A DNA stretch of 64,000 nt from an uncultured Pelagibacteraceae bacterium (GCA_902592655.1 CACJFE010000005.1:10726-74725); one strand, 5' to 3'; shown: positions 52,453 through 62,847, numbered from the stretch's first letter. Numbers and translations: made by a program. The notes: generated by a model from the sequence alone, not told the origin.

Positions 52453-53378
52453 GAAAACTTTGTTTATTGATATCATTCATACTAATAAGTTCTAATATCA
52501 ACCATACTTTGTTTGCAAAACTTGAAAATAATATTGTTTTAAAAGTAGAGAATGAAATTATAACAAAATATGAGATAAAAAATAAGATTTTGAGCTCTTT
52601 GATTTTATCTGGTCAGGAAATCAATCAAAAAAATATAAATAAGTATAAAAAGTCAACTTTAGATAATTTAATTCAATTAAAATTAATGAAAATAGAGTTG
52701 TCAAAATATGATCTGAAAGATAGTCCAGATAAATTAGATTCTTACCTCAGAAGATTGTCATCAAATAATATTGATTTATTAAAGAAAAAATTTTTAGATA
52801 ATAAATTAGATTATGATTTATTTTTAGATGAGGTAAAAATTAAGTTAAAATGGCAAGATTTGATATACCTAATCTATTCGAAAAAGATTGAATTAGATGA
52901 AAAGACCATAGATATAGAATTACAAGAAATAATTCAAAATAAGTTAGAAATAGATCAGTATAAATTATCTGAAATTGAAATACTTTTAAACGGTGATGAA
53001 ACTGATGCTGAAAATATAAAAAATATTTATGATCAAATTGATTTAGAAAGTTTTGAGGCTGTTGCAATAAGATTTAGTATTTCAGAGTCTTCAAAAAATA
53101 AGGGGGAATTGGGTTGGGTAAATGGAAATATATTATCTAAACAAATATATGAAATTGTGAGCAATATGAAACTTGGGGAAATCTCCAAACCTATAAAACA
53201 GCAAGGCAGTGTAATATTTTTAAAATTAAAAGATAAAAGATCTAAAAAATTGGAAGGGTTAGATAAAATGAAATTAAGAAAAGACTTAATTGTACAAAAA
53301 AAGAATGAATTATTTAATTTATACTCAAGGAGTCACTTGTCTAAACTAAAAAATACAAGTCTTATTGAATATAGATGA
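52449..53378 (+). CDS. surA: SurA-like chaperone / parvulin PPIase
   Basis: VENEIIT N-domain; F..VA.RFS....KGELGWV...GEISKPI parvulin domain; lptD-surA-pdxA-rsmA order. Confidence 0.82.
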   Translation: MRKLCLLISFILISSNINHTLFAKLENNIVLKVENEIITKYEIKNKILSSLILSGQEINQKNINKYKKSTLDNLIQLKLMKIELSKYDLKDSPDKLDSYLRRLSSNNIDLLKKKFLDNKLDYDLFLDEVKIKLKWQDLIYLIYSKKIELDEKTIDIELQEIIQNKLEIDQYKLSEIEILLNGDETDAENIKNIYDQIDLESFEAVAIRFSISESSKNKGELGWVNGNILSKQIYEIVSNMKLGEISKPIKQQGSVIFLKLKDKRSKKLEGLDKMKLRKDLIVQKKNELFNLYSRSHLSKLKNTSLIEYR

Positions 53379-54340
53379 AAAATAAAATTTTAATTGTAGG
53401 AGGAGATCCTAATAGTATTAATTCTGAAATTATTTATAAAAGTTGGAAAAAGAGTAATTCTGCAATAAGAAATAAAATTTATATAATTACAAACTATAAA
53501 TTATTTAAAGAACAATTATCAAAATTAAAATATCCTTTAAAAATCTTAAAAGTTGAAAATCATATTGACCATGAAAAATCAAAAAAATTAAAAATAATTG
53601 ATATTCCAATTGAATTTAATAATCCATTTAAAATTAAGAAAAAATTTTTAATCAGTTTCATTTCTAAATCTTTAAATTATGCGCATGATGCAGCTTTGAA
53701 GAGTGATGTTAAGGGTATAATTAACTGCGCTATAGACAAAAGCCTACTAAAAAAAGATAATACTGGAGTTACAGAATATCTAGCTTCTAAGTGCAAAATC
53801 AAAAATCACTCTGAAGTAATGATGATTAGTAACTTAAAATTTTCTGTAGTCCCTATTACAACACATATCAACGTAAGACAAATTTCCAGGAAAATAAGTA
53901 AAAAAATAATCATTAATAAATTAAAAACAATCGACAAATTCTTTAAAAAAACATTTAAAATTAAACCTAGAATAGGAGTACTTGGTTTGAATCCTCATAA
54001 TGGTGAAATGAAAAAAAAATCCGAAGAAATAAAAATAATTTTACCTTCGATAAAGCATTTAAAAAAAAGAAAAATCAATTGTAGTGGGCCACATGTTTCA
54101 GATACTATTTTTATTAAAGATTATAAAAACTTTGACGTTATAGTTGGGATGTTTCACGATCAAGTTTTAATACCATTTAAAACTTTATATAAATTTAATG
54201 CGATCAATATAACTTTAGGATTGAAGTATTTAAGAGTTTCTCCGGATCATGGGACGGCAGTGAACTTAATAGGTAAAAATAAAGCAAATGCTGATAGTTT
54301 GATCAGATGTATACAATTTATTAAAAGATTTGGAAAATGA
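53375..54340 (+). CDS. pdxA: 4-hydroxythreonine-4-phosphate dehydrogenase
   Basis: TTHI, GLNPH.GE, MFHDQ, NITLGL..RVSPDHGTA. Confidence 0.92.
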   Translation: MKNKILIVGGDPNSINSEIIYKSWKKSNSAIRNKIYIITNYKLFKEQLSKLKYPLKILKVENHIDHEKSKKLKIIDIPIEFNNPFKIKKKFLISFISKSLNYAHDAALKSDVKGIINCAIDKSLLKKDNTGVTEYLASKCKIKNHSEVMMISNLKFSVVPITTHINVRQISRKISKKIIINKLKTIDKFFKKTFKIKPRIGVLGLNPHNGEMKKKSEEIKIILPSIKHLKKRKINCSGPHVSDTIFIKDYKNFDVIVGMFHDQVLIPFKTLYKFNAINITLGLKYLRVSPDHGTAVNLIGKNKANADSLIRCIQFIKRFGK

Positions 54341-55122
54341 TTTACAACAAGAAATCTTTAGGTCAAAATTTTTTAATTGATAGTAACATAAAAAGAAAAA
54401 TCGTTAGTTCTGTTGACATAAAAAATAAAGATGTAATTGAAATTGGAGCAGGTAAAGGTGATCTTACAGATGAGATTTTAAAAGGAAATCCTAAATCAAT
54501 TTTAGTAATTGAAAAAGATAGGAGTCTAGCCGAGATACTAAAAAAGAAATATCATGAAATCGGTATTGTCAAAACACACTGTGTTGATATTTTAAAATTT
54601 GATTTAGAAAGTAAAATTAAAAGAGGCTCATTAATTTTTGGTAATTTACCATACAATATATCTTCACAAATACTAGTTAAAACTTTAAGATTTAAGATAT
54701 GGCCTCCTAAATTTTCTGACTTAGTTTTTATGTTTCAAAAGGAGTTAGGAGAAAAAATATTAGGCAAATTTCGTTCTAAAAACTACAGTAGATTATCAAT
54801 ATTAACCAATTATAGACTTAAAGTTTTCTCAAAATTTTTAGTATCACCTAACTGTTTTTTTCCCAAACCTAAAATCAAATCGATAGTAATTCATTTTAAA
54901 CCGATTAAAAGAGAAGGAAATAAAATAAAAAACATAAATAATCTGGAAAAAGTTACAAATATTCTTTTTTCCAATAAAAGAAAAATGATAAATAAGAATA
55001 TTAAGAAGATAATCAAAAGTAATAAGATAAAAAAGATCAAAAATTTGAATTTAAAGTTGAGACCGGAGCAATTACATCCAGATATTTATTATAAAATAAC
55101 AGAGCTTTATGAAAGTAGGTGA
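54337..55122 (+). CDS. rsmA: 16S rRNA dimethyladenosine transferase
   Basis: KKSLGQNFL, EIGAG.G, GNLPYNIS, MFQKE. Confidence 0.95.
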   Translation: MIYNKKSLGQNFLIDSNIKRKIVSSVDIKNKDVIEIGAGKGDLTDEILKGNPKSILVIEKDRSLAEILKKKYHEIGIVKTHCVDILKFDLESKIKRGSLIFGNLPYNISSQILVKTLRFKIWPPKFSDLVFMFQKELGEKILGKFRSKNYSRLSILTNYRLKVFSKFLVSPNCFFPKPKIKSIVIHFKPIKREGNKIKNINNLEKVTNILFSNKRKMINKNIKKIIKSNKIKKIKNLNLKLRPEQLHPDIYYKITELYESR

Positions 55123-55697
55123 ATTTTTTTTTTTTTATGTAAGAGTATAATATTTTCTATTTGTTTGAAGCAAACATCTAAATTTTTATTAATTAAAACA
55201 TAATCATAATCACTCCAATGCTTAATATCTTCCTCAAATGCATTAAACCTTTTTTCAATTTCTTCTGGGGAATTTTGGTCTCTCTTGACCAATCTTTTTT
55301 TTAGCTCCTCTTTATTATCAGTAATTAAGTATATTTTAATTAAGTTTAAATTTTTAAATTTTGATAATTGTTTGGTACCTTGCCAGTCAATATCAAAAAT
55401 TAAATCATTATTTTTTAACATTTCATCTACATTTTTTTTTAAGGTTCCGTAATAATTCTCAAATATTTTTGCATATTCGTAAAATCTACTTTCCTTTATA
55501 AATTCTTTAAATCTCTCAGCAGAAATGAAAAAATAATCTACGCCTTCTACTTCATTTGATCTTGGAGTTCTTGTGGTGTGAGACACTGATATCTTAAATG
55601 AACTATACTTTTGTTGAATTTTTTTTGTTAAGGTAGTTTTACCAACACCAGATGGGGAGGATAATATTACTAATAAATTTTTATCCTCATTATGCAT
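55107..55697 (-). CDS. gmk: Guanylate kinase
   Basis: SSPSGVGKTT, SHTTR.PR..E..GVDY, YYGT, DIDWQG. Confidence 0.96.
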   Translation of the reverse strand: MHNEDKNLLVILSSPSGVGKTTLTKKIQQKYSSFKISVSHTTRTPRSNEVEGVDYFFISAERFKEFIKESRFYEYAKIFENYYGTLKKNVDEMLKNNDLIFDIDWQGTKQLSKFKNLNLIKIYLITDNKEELKKRLVKRDQNSPEEIEKRFNAFEEDIKHWSDYDYVLINKNLDVCFKQIENIILLHKKKKIHLLS

Positions 55698-55711
55698 TAT
55701 GAAGGAAATTT

Positions 55712-55951
55712 TTAATTAGATTTGCTCTCAATAAATTTTATCGCGTCACCTACAGTTAAAATTTTCTCCGCTTCACTGTCAGATATTTCAGATCCAAATT
55801 CTTCTTCAAAAGCCATAACTAACTCTACAGTATCTAAACTATCTGCTCCTAAATCATCGATAAAGCTTGCCTCTTCAGTAACTTTTTCTTCCTCAATTCC
55901 TAGATGATCTGCAACAATTTTTTTTATTTTACTTTTAACTTCTTCTGACAT
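55712..55951 (-). CDS. acpP: Acyl carrier protein
   Basis: [14 protein letters not shown]. Confidence 0.97.
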   Translation of the reverse strand: MSEEVKSKIKKIVADHLGIEEEKVTEEASFIDDLGADSLDTVELVMAFEEEFGSEISDSEAEKILTVGDAIKFIESKSN

Positions 55952-56001
55952 GAATTCCTTCCTATGTTTATGATTTCTTCATAGATCATTAATTAGAATT
56001 G

Positions 56002-56736
56002 TCAAGACATATACATTCCACCATTAACATGTATAGTTTCACCATTTATATAATTTGCCTTATCAGATGCCAAAAATGCAACACAATTTGAAATGTCTTC
56101 CCCAGTTCCTAGGTTTCCAGAGGGTATTTTACTAATTAAAGTTTTCTTAAATTCTTCGTTAATTTTATCTGTCATCTCTGTCTGTATAAATCCTGGTGAT
56201 ACACAATTTACATTAATATTTTTTCTTGCGTACTCAATAGCTAGGCTTTTAGAAAAGCCAATTATACCAGCTTTTGATGCTGAATAGTTAGATTGCCCAA
56301 GATTGCCAGTATGTCCTACGATTGATGTAATGTTAATTATTTTACCAAATTTTTTTTTCAACATTTTTTTTATGGTGTGTTTGCACATTAAAAAAGTGGA
56401 TGTTAAATTTATATCAATAACTTTTTTCCAATTTTCATTGGTCAATCTAATTGATAAATTATCAAGTGTTATACCTGCATTGTTTACCAAAATATCTATT
56501 CCCTCTAATTTTATGTCAACTTTATCTATAAATTCTTCAATTTTATCATGATTAGATAAATCAAATTTTTCAATGATGATTTCTGGAAAATTTTTTTTTA
56601 AGTTTTGCAATTTTGTGTCATTTGTACCAGTAGCTAAAACAGTAGATCCTAAACTAGTAAATTTTTGCACTAGAGAGTTTCCTATACCTCCAGTAGCCCC
56701 TGTTATTAAAATCTTTTTATCTTTTAAGTTTATCAT
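56002..56736 (-). CDS. fabG: 3-oxoacyl-ACP reductase
   Basis: TGATGGIG, NNAGIT, YSASKAG, VNGGM. Confidence 0.96.
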   Translation of the reverse strand: MINLKDKKILITGATGGIGNSLVQKFTSLGSTVLATGTNDTKLQNLKKNFPEIIIEKFDLSNHDKIEEFIDKVDIKLEGIDILVNNAGITLDNLSIRLTNENWKKVIDINLTSTFLMCKHTIKKMLKKKFGKIINITSIVGHTGNLGQSNYSASKAGIIGFSKSLAIEYARKNINVNCVSPGFIQTEMTDKINEEFKKTLISKIPSGNLGTGEDISNCVAFLASDKANYINGETIHVNGGMYMS

Positions 56737-57655
56737 TCAAACTTTTAATATCAGTAATTGAGTTAATTGCAAAGCTATTACAATTTTTTAGTGTCCTTTT
56801 TACCATACCCGATAAAACTTTTCCCGGACCTATTTCTATAAAATTTTTTGTACCATTATTTGACATATAAATCAGGCTTTCTCTCCATCTTACAGTTGAA
56901 GAAATTTGATCAATTAATAATTTTTTTATTTTATCTGGTTCTTGTTCTGAATTAGCATTAACGTTATTAATAATTTCAAAATTTGGTTTTTTAAAAGTTG
57001 TTTCTTTAATTTTTTTACTCATATTAGTCGCCGCTGGTTTCATCAATGAACAATGGAAAGGTGCGCTTACTTTTAAAGGTATAGATTTGATTTTCTTTTT
57101 TTCTAAAGATAGTCGAAATGAATTTATGGATTCTTTATCACCGCTTATAATTACCTGACCATTAGCATTATCATTAGCCACTTCACACACGCCATTTATT
57201 GTAGTCTCTTTTATTATATTTTTTATATCACTTATTTCTGTTCCTAAAACAGCTATCATACTTCCTTGACCAATTGGCACTGCATTTTGCATTTGTTTGC
57301 CTCTTTCATGTAAAAGATATAAAGCGTCATTAAAATCAAGTGAACCTGAACAAACTAATGCACTATATTCTCCTAAAGAGTGGCCAGCAAAATATTTACA
57401 AGTATCCGTACTAAAATTAAATTCATTAGCTAAAATCTTATAAATGGAATAGCTAACGGTAAGAATAGCTGGTTGAGTATTTTGTGTAAGTTGTAATTCA
57501 TCTTCTGGTCCTTCTAAGATAATTTTTGATAACGGAAAATTTAATTTATCATCTGCTTGACTAAATATATCTTTAACAACTTTAAAACTTTTATAAAACT
57601 CTGAGCCCATGCCAACCAGCTGAGAACCTTGACCAGGAAATAATAAAGCGTTCAT
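56717..57655 (-). CDS. fabD: Malonyl-CoA:ACP transacylase
   Basis: FPGQGSQ, TQPAI, GHSLGEY, VSAPFH. Confidence 0.96.
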   Translation of the reverse strand: MNALLFPGQGSQLVGMGSEFYKSFKVVKDIFSQADDKLNFPLSKIILEGPEDELQLTQNTQPAILTVSYSIYKILANEFNFSTDTCKYFAGHSLGEYSALVCSGSLDFNDALYLLHERGKQMQNAVPIGQGSMIAVLGTEISDIKNIIKETTINGVCEVANDNANGQVIISGDKESINSFRLSLEKKKIKSIPLKVSAPFHCSLMKPAATNMSKKIKETTFKKPNFEIINNVNANSEQEPDKIKKLLIDQISSTVRWRESLIYMSNNGTKNFIEIGPGKVLSGMVKRTLKNCNSFAINSITDIKSLNDKLKR

Positions 57656-57758
57656 TTTAACCAATTTTTTTAGTAATTATTAGTATTGCTATAATTCTTC
57701 ATTATAGTATAACCCAATTTTTACAAACAATTAATTAAACAAATTTTGTACGTTAATT

Positions 57759-58088
57759 ATGGCTTTTTACGAAAACACAATAATCGCTAAACAGGATTTA
57801 ACAGAAAAAGATTTAAAAATTGTAACAGATAAATATAACGAAATAATAAACTCTTCTTCAGGTAAAGTTGTCAAAGTAGAACTTTGGGGTTTATTAAATT
57901 TAGCGAGTAAAATAAAAAATTATAAAAAAGGGTTTTACATCCACTACAAATTTGAAGGTAATAACAAAACTCTTCAAGAAATAGATAAAAAAATTAAAGT
58001 TGATCCTGCAATAATAAGATATTTAACAGTAAAGTACAAAACACTGGATACAAAAAATGAGTTTTTCAAAAAGAAAGTTAGTAAATAA
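57759..58088 (+). CDS. rpsF: 30S ribosomal protein S6
   Basis: YE...I, WG...LA..I...KG.Y, IIRYL. Confidence 0.93.
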   Translation: MAFYENTIIAKQDLTEKDLKIVTDKYNEIINSSSGKVVKVELWGLLNLASKIKNYKKGFYIHYKFEGNNKTLQEIDKKIKVDPAIIRYLTVKYKTLDTKNEFFKKKVSK

Positions 58089-58360
58089 TGAAAAGAAAGA
58101 ATAAAAAATTTCAAAAGAGAGGTTCTAACTCTTTAAACAAATTAAGTTTATTTCAAAAAACAGATGGTAGATTTTCAAAAAGTTGTCCACTTTCTGTTAA
58201 AAACGCGCCAATTATTGACTACAAAAATATTAGTTTATTAAAAAAATATATGTCAGAAAATGGAAAAATTATTTCTTCTAAAATCACTTCAGTTTCGTTT
58301 AATAAGCAAAAAAAATTAACAAGAGAAATAAAAAAAGCGAAAATATTAGGATTGGTGTAA
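58088..58360 (+). CDS. rpsR: 30S ribosomal protein S18
   Basis: IDYKN..LLKKY.SE.GKI, Q..L.REIKKA..LGL. Confidence 0.93.
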   Translation: MKRKNKKFQKRGSNSLNKLSLFQKTDGRFSKSCPLSVKNAPIIDYKNISLLKKYMSENGKIISSKITSVSFNKQKKLTREIKKAKILGLV

Positions 58361-58361
58361 A

Positions 58362-58817
58362 ATGGAATTAATTCTCTTAGAAAATATATTAAATTTGGGA
58401 AATATTGGTGACAAAGTCAAAGTTAAGAATGGATATGGTAGGAACTTTCTTTTAAAACAAGGAAAAGCTTTAAGGTATAATAAAGAAAATCAAGAATTTG
58501 TTGATAAAAAAAAAGTTGAATTAAATAGAAAAAATACAGAATTAAAGAATAAATACAAAGAGATTGCAAAACTAGTCAATAATAAAACTTTTTTATTTAA
58601 TAAAGAGAGTAAGGAAAATGGAGATCTTTATGGATCAATTAAGCCTAAAGAAATTACGAACCTTATTAAAGAAAAGGTTAAAGCTGAAGTAAGCCCTTCT
58701 CAAATAATTTTGAAGGATAACTTGAATAAAATTGGTGTGTACAAAGCTTTAATAAATTTTCATTCAGAAGTTAAAGCTAATATTTCTATTAAGATAGATA
58801 AGATACAATCTAAATAA
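58362..58817 (+). CDS. rplI: 50S ribosomal protein L9
   Basis: LG..GD.VKVKNGYGRNFL, LYGSI. Confidence 0.95.
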   Translation: MELILLENILNLGNIGDKVKVKNGYGRNFLLKQGKALRYNKENQEFVDKKKVELNRKNTELKNKYKEIAKLVNNKTFLFNKESKENGDLYGSIKPKEITNLIKEKVKAEVSPSQIILKDNLNKIGVYKALINFHSEVKANISIKIDKIQSK

Positions 58818-58818
58818 C

Positions 58819-58827
58819 TTTTCCACA
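58819..58827 (+). promoter_or_regulatory. Single DnaA-box match upstream of dnaB
   Basis: TTTTCCACA fits TTWTNCACA, in the rplI-dnaB spacer. Confidence 0.35.
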
Positions 58828-58891
58828 GAGTTGAAAAAATAGTGCGTAACTTTTTTCTTTAAAGCCCGTTTGATTAGCATATTATTTAAGT

Positions 58892-60319
58892 GTGGAAGAA
58901 GTTATACAGAAGCAAAATCTCGAAACTAATAAGCAACCATCTAATATTGAAGCTGAACAAGCTTTGATTGGTTCTATTCTCGTAAATAATGATATTTTAG
59001 ATGAGGTATCTGTAATTGTAGGCTCAACTATGTTTTATGATCCCGCCCATGTTAAAATTTACGAAGTAATAGAAAATCTTAATAATAAAGGAATGATAGC
59101 AAATCCAATTACGTTAAAAAATTATTTTGAGAAAGATAATATGCTTCAAGAAGTAGGTGGTACAGAGTACCTAGTGAAACTGACTAGATTTTCTTCCTCA
59201 ACGAAACAAGCAATTGACTACGCAAAAATTATTCACGAAATGTATTTAAGAAGGGAACTTATTCTTATTTCTGATAAATTATCTTCAGATTCTACAAACG
59301 CCAATGATCAAAATCAAAATGCTGAAAATATAATAGAAAGCACTGAAAAGTCTCTTTTTGACTTAGCTGAGAGAGGGAGTTTTTCACAGTCATTTTTAAA
59401 ATTTAATAAAGCATTAGACCAAACAATAGAGATGGCTACCTTGGCAATGAAAAACGATCAGGGTATTGTTGGAGTTCCAACAGGCTTAAGCGAATTAGAT
59501 CAAAAATTAGGAGGGCTACATAAATCAGATTTAATAATTCTCGCCGGGAGACCTTCGATGGGAAAAACTGCTTTAGCAACCAATATAGCTTTCAACGCTG
59601 CTCAAAATATTTCTAATAAAGAAGAAAAATCATCTGTCGCTTTTTTTTCTTTAGAAATGTCTTCAGAACAGTTGTCTACAAGAATATTATCTGAACAGGC
59701 AAAAATAAAGTCAGATGATATTAGAAAAGGTAAAGTTACAGAAGAAGAAATAAATAGATATATAGAGACCTCAAGAAATATTTATAATTTGCCTTTATAT
59801 ATTGATGAAACTCCAGCAATTACTATAGCAACTTTAAGTAACAGAGCGAGAAGAATCAAAAGATTGTTTGGTTTAAGTTTAGTTGTAGTTGATTACATTC
59901 AATTGATGCGCTCTAGTATAAGTAAAAATGAGGGAAGAGTTCAGGAAATCTCTGAAATCACACAGGGATTGAAAGCCTTAGCAAAAGAACTCTCTGTGCC
60001 TGTTTTGGCTTTATCACAACTTTCAAGAGCTGTTGAACAAAGAGATGATAAGTTACCTCAATTATCAGATTTAAGGGAGTCAGGTTCAATAGAACAAGAC
60101 GCAGATGTGGTCATGTTTGTCTATAGAGAATCTTACTACCTAGAGAGAAAACAGCCAAAACTTGGCTCAATTGAACATGCGGAGTGGCAATCAAAGATGA
60201 ATGATGTAAATGGTTTAGCTGATATTATTTTAGGTAAGCAAAGGCATGGTCCTACCGGAGTAATTAAAGTTGAGTTTGAAGGAATTTATACGAAATTTAA
60301 AGATTTAAACAAAAATTAG
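58892..60319 (+). CDS. dnaB: Replicative DNA helicase
   Basis: EAEQA..G, AGRPSMGKT, FSLEM, VDYIQL, LSQLSR, DLRESGSIEQDAD, KQRHGP. GTG start. Confidence 0.98.
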   Translation: MEEVIQKQNLETNKQPSNIEAEQALIGSILVNNDILDEVSVIVGSTMFYDPAHVKIYEVIENLNNKGMIANPITLKNYFEKDNMLQEVGGTEYLVKLTRFSSSTKQAIDYAKIIHEMYLRRELILISDKLSSDSTNANDQNQNAENIIESTEKSLFDLAERGSFSQSFLKFNKALDQTIEMATLAMKNDQGIVGVPTGLSELDQKLGGLHKSDLIILAGRPSMGKTALATNIAFNAAQNISNKEEKSSVAFFSLEMSSEQLSTRILSEQAKIKSDDIRKGKVTEEEINRYIETSRNIYNLPLYIDETPAITIATLSNRARRIKRLFGLSLVVVDYIQLMRSSISKNEGRVQEISEITQGLKALAKELSVPVLALSQLSRAVEQRDDKLPQLSDLRESGSIEQDADVVMFVYRESYYLERKQPKLGSIEHAEWQSKMNDVNGLADIILGKQRHGPTGVIKVEFEGIYTKFKDLNKN

Positions 60320-60372
60320 GATAAATTTTTTCTTTAGTTATAAATAATTTAAGATATATCTCAAATATATAA

Positions 60373-62847
60373 ATGCTGTCTTATATTTATAAAAAACTGA
60401 CCATTGATTTTTCAAAGTTTACTCTTCTACTTTTGGCATTAATTATAATTTTCTCAGCATATAACGCAAAAAATTTTAACTTAGATGCTTCATCAGATGC
60501 ATTATTATTAGAAGGCGATAAAGACTTAAAGTATCTAAGAGAAGTAAATGATAGGTTTGGATCTAAAGATTTTCTTGTTTTAACATATGCGCCAGTCAAC
60601 AGTTTTACGGAAAAAGAAACTATACTAAATTTACAACTTTTAAAGTCAAAAATTGAGAAATTAACTTGGGTAGATAGTGTGATTACTGTCATAGACGTTC
60701 CTCTTTTAAAAAGCACAGATGAGGGTCTAATGGATAGACTTAAAAACTATAAAACCTTATCCTATCCTGAAATTGATAGAAAAAGAGGTTTCGAAGAAAT
60801 AATAAATAGTCCAATCTACAGAAATTACGTTATCAGTGAAGATGGTAAAACATCTGGCATAGTTGTTTATCTTAAAAAAGATGAGAGATTATCAGAGTAC
60901 ATCAAAATTAAAGAGAAGTATTTTGATCAATCTCTTGAATTAGGGTTGTCGAAAGAAGAGAAAATAAATTACAAAAAATTCCTGAAAGAATATGAGGAAT
61001 ATAAGAATCTTTACAACTTAAGAAATAATCAAAATATTTCAGAAATTAGAGATGTAATTAGCAAATATGGGCAAAATGCCAAAATTCATTTAGGTGGTAT
61101 TCCAATGATTGCTGACGATATGATGTCTTTTATTAAGAGTGATATAGTAGTTTTTGGTATTGGAGTTTTCATTTTTATAATTTTGACCTTATGGTTAATA
61201 TTCAAAAATATAAAATGGGTAATTATACCACTATTAGGATGTTTGACCTCTGTAATTATAATGGTTGGGTTACTAGGTCTAATAGGTTGGAAGGTTACAG
61301 TCATTTCCTCAAACTTTATCGCACTAATGTTAATTTTAAATATGGCAATGAATATTCACATGACTGTAAGATTTCTTCAAATTAAAAAAGAAAATCCAGA
61401 TATACAAAAAAGAAAAGCTGTATTTATGACATGTGAAAAAATGGTTCTGCCAATTTTATATACTGCGTTGACAACTATTTGTGCATTTCTATCTTTAATT
61501 TTTAGTAATATAAAACCAATAATTGATTTTGGTTGGATGATGACTTTAGGTTTAATTGTATCTTTTTTAGTTACATTTATACTCTTGCCATCTTTGCTAA
61601 GTAGCTTTGCTCCTGAAAGTGAAATTAATGTAAAAAGCAGCGAAAAATCGCTTATTACTTCAGCTTTAGGTTCTATTGCAAAAAAAAGTGGGATACTTAT
61701 TTTTGGTTCAACATTATTAATTGTAGTTTTTAGTATATCAGGAATATCAAAACTCCAAGTAGAAAATAGCTTTATAAATTATTTTGATAAAGAAACTGAA
61801 ATTTACAAAGGTATGAAGAAAATTGATGATGAACTTGGTGGAACAACTCCACTTAATATAATTTTAAAGTTTCCAGCAAAACAAACTAAAACAACTGATG
61901 ATGATGAATTTTCTGAATGGGATGAAGATTTTGAAAATAATGAAGATAAATCAAAATATTGGTTTACTAGAGATAAAATGGATAAAATTTTAAAAGTCCA
62001 TGACTATTTAGACTCACTTCCGGAAATAGGAAAAGTTCTCTCATTTGGATCTATTTTAAGAGTTGCCGAAGATTTAAATAAAAAAGAATTACAAAGTTTA
62101 GAAATAGCAGTCTTATATAGTAAGATTCCGGAAGAAATAAAAAAAGAAATTATATCACCATACATTTCAGTTAACGCAGATGAAGCTAGAATTTCTGTAA
62201 GAATTAAAGACTCTCTTGAGAGTCTAAGAAGAGATGCGCTAATAAAAAAAATTAATAATGAATTACAATCAAAACTAAATTTAAGAGAGGAAGAATACAA
62301 ACTTACAGGGGTATTAATACTATTTAATAACTTATTACAAAGTTTATTTAAATCGCAAATCCTTACACTTGGAATAGTTATGATGGGAATATTTGCAATG
62401 TTTTTTGTATTATTTAGAAATTTAGCTTTATCTATTATTGGAGTTGTGCCAAATTTTCTTGCAGCTTTTTTTATTCTTGGAATAATTGGCTTAATTGGAA
62501 TACCGCTAGATATGATGACTATTACAATAGCGGCAATTACTATAGGAATAGCTGTAGATAATAGTATTCACTATATATATAGATTTAGAGAAGAGTTCAT
62601 AAAAATTAAAAACTATAGTCTAACTTTAGATAAATGCCACAAAACAGTCGGTATAGCTATACTTAATACTTCCATAACGATAGTTTTTGGTTTTTCAATT
62701 TTAGTTTTATCGAACTTTATACCTACAATTTATTTTGGCGTATTCACAGGAATTGCTATGCTTCTAGCTATGATTTCTGTCCTTACTTTGCTTCCAAAAC
62801 TAATTTTAATTTATAAACCTTTTGGAGAAGAGTCAGATATAATCTAA
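60373..62847 (+). CDS. MMPL/RND-family membrane transporter
   Basis: Two repeats of 1+5 TM with periplasmic loops; GIAVDNSIH, ALTT..AFLSL, GFSIL..SNF.P. Confidence 0.88.
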   Translation: MLSYIYKKLTIDFSKFTLLLLALIIIFSAYNAKNFNLDASSDALLLEGDKDLKYLREVNDRFGSKDFLVLTYAPVNSFTEKETILNLQLLKSKIEKLTWVDSVITVIDVPLLKSTDEGLMDRLKNYKTLSYPEIDRKRGFEEIINSPIYRNYVISEDGKTSGIVVYLKKDERLSEYIKIKEKYFDQSLELGLSKEEKINYKKFLKEYEEYKNLYNLRNNQNISEIRDVISKYGQNAKIHLGGIPMIADDMMSFIKSDIVVFGIGVFIFIILTLWLIFKNIKWVIIPLLGCLTSVIIMVGLLGLIGWKVTVISSNFIALMLILNMAMNIHMTVRFLQIKKENPDIQKRKAVFMTCEKMVLPILYTALTTICAFLSLIFSNIKPIIDFGWMMTLGLIVSFLVTFILLPSLLSSFAPESEINVKSSEKSLITSALGSIAKKSGILIFGSTLLIVVFSISGISKLQVENSFINYFDKETEIYKGMKKIDDELGGTTPLNIILKFPAKQTKTTDDDEFSEWDEDFENNEDKSKYWFTRDKMDKILKVHDYLDSLPEIGKVLSFGSILRVAEDLNKKELQSLEIAVLYSKIPEEIKKEIISPYISVNADEARISVRIKDSLESLRRDALIKKINNELQSKLNLREEEYKLTGVLILFNNLLQSLFKSQILTLGIVMMGIFAMFFVLFRNLALSIIGVVPNFLAAFFILGIIGLIGIPLDMMTITIAAITIGIAVDNSIHYIYRFREEFIKIKNYSLTLDKCHKTVGIAILNTSITIVFGFSILVLSNFIPTIYFGVFTGIAMLLAMISVLTLLPKLILIYKPFGEESDII

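Noticed and set aside
55124-55136. T13 homopolymer as a phase-variation tract
   Set aside because: It encodes an in-frame poly-Lys at the gmk C-terminus; long A/T runs are common throughout the window.
58819-58827. Replication origin near dnaB
   Set aside because: Only one DnaA box in a 74-bp spacer, with no box cluster.
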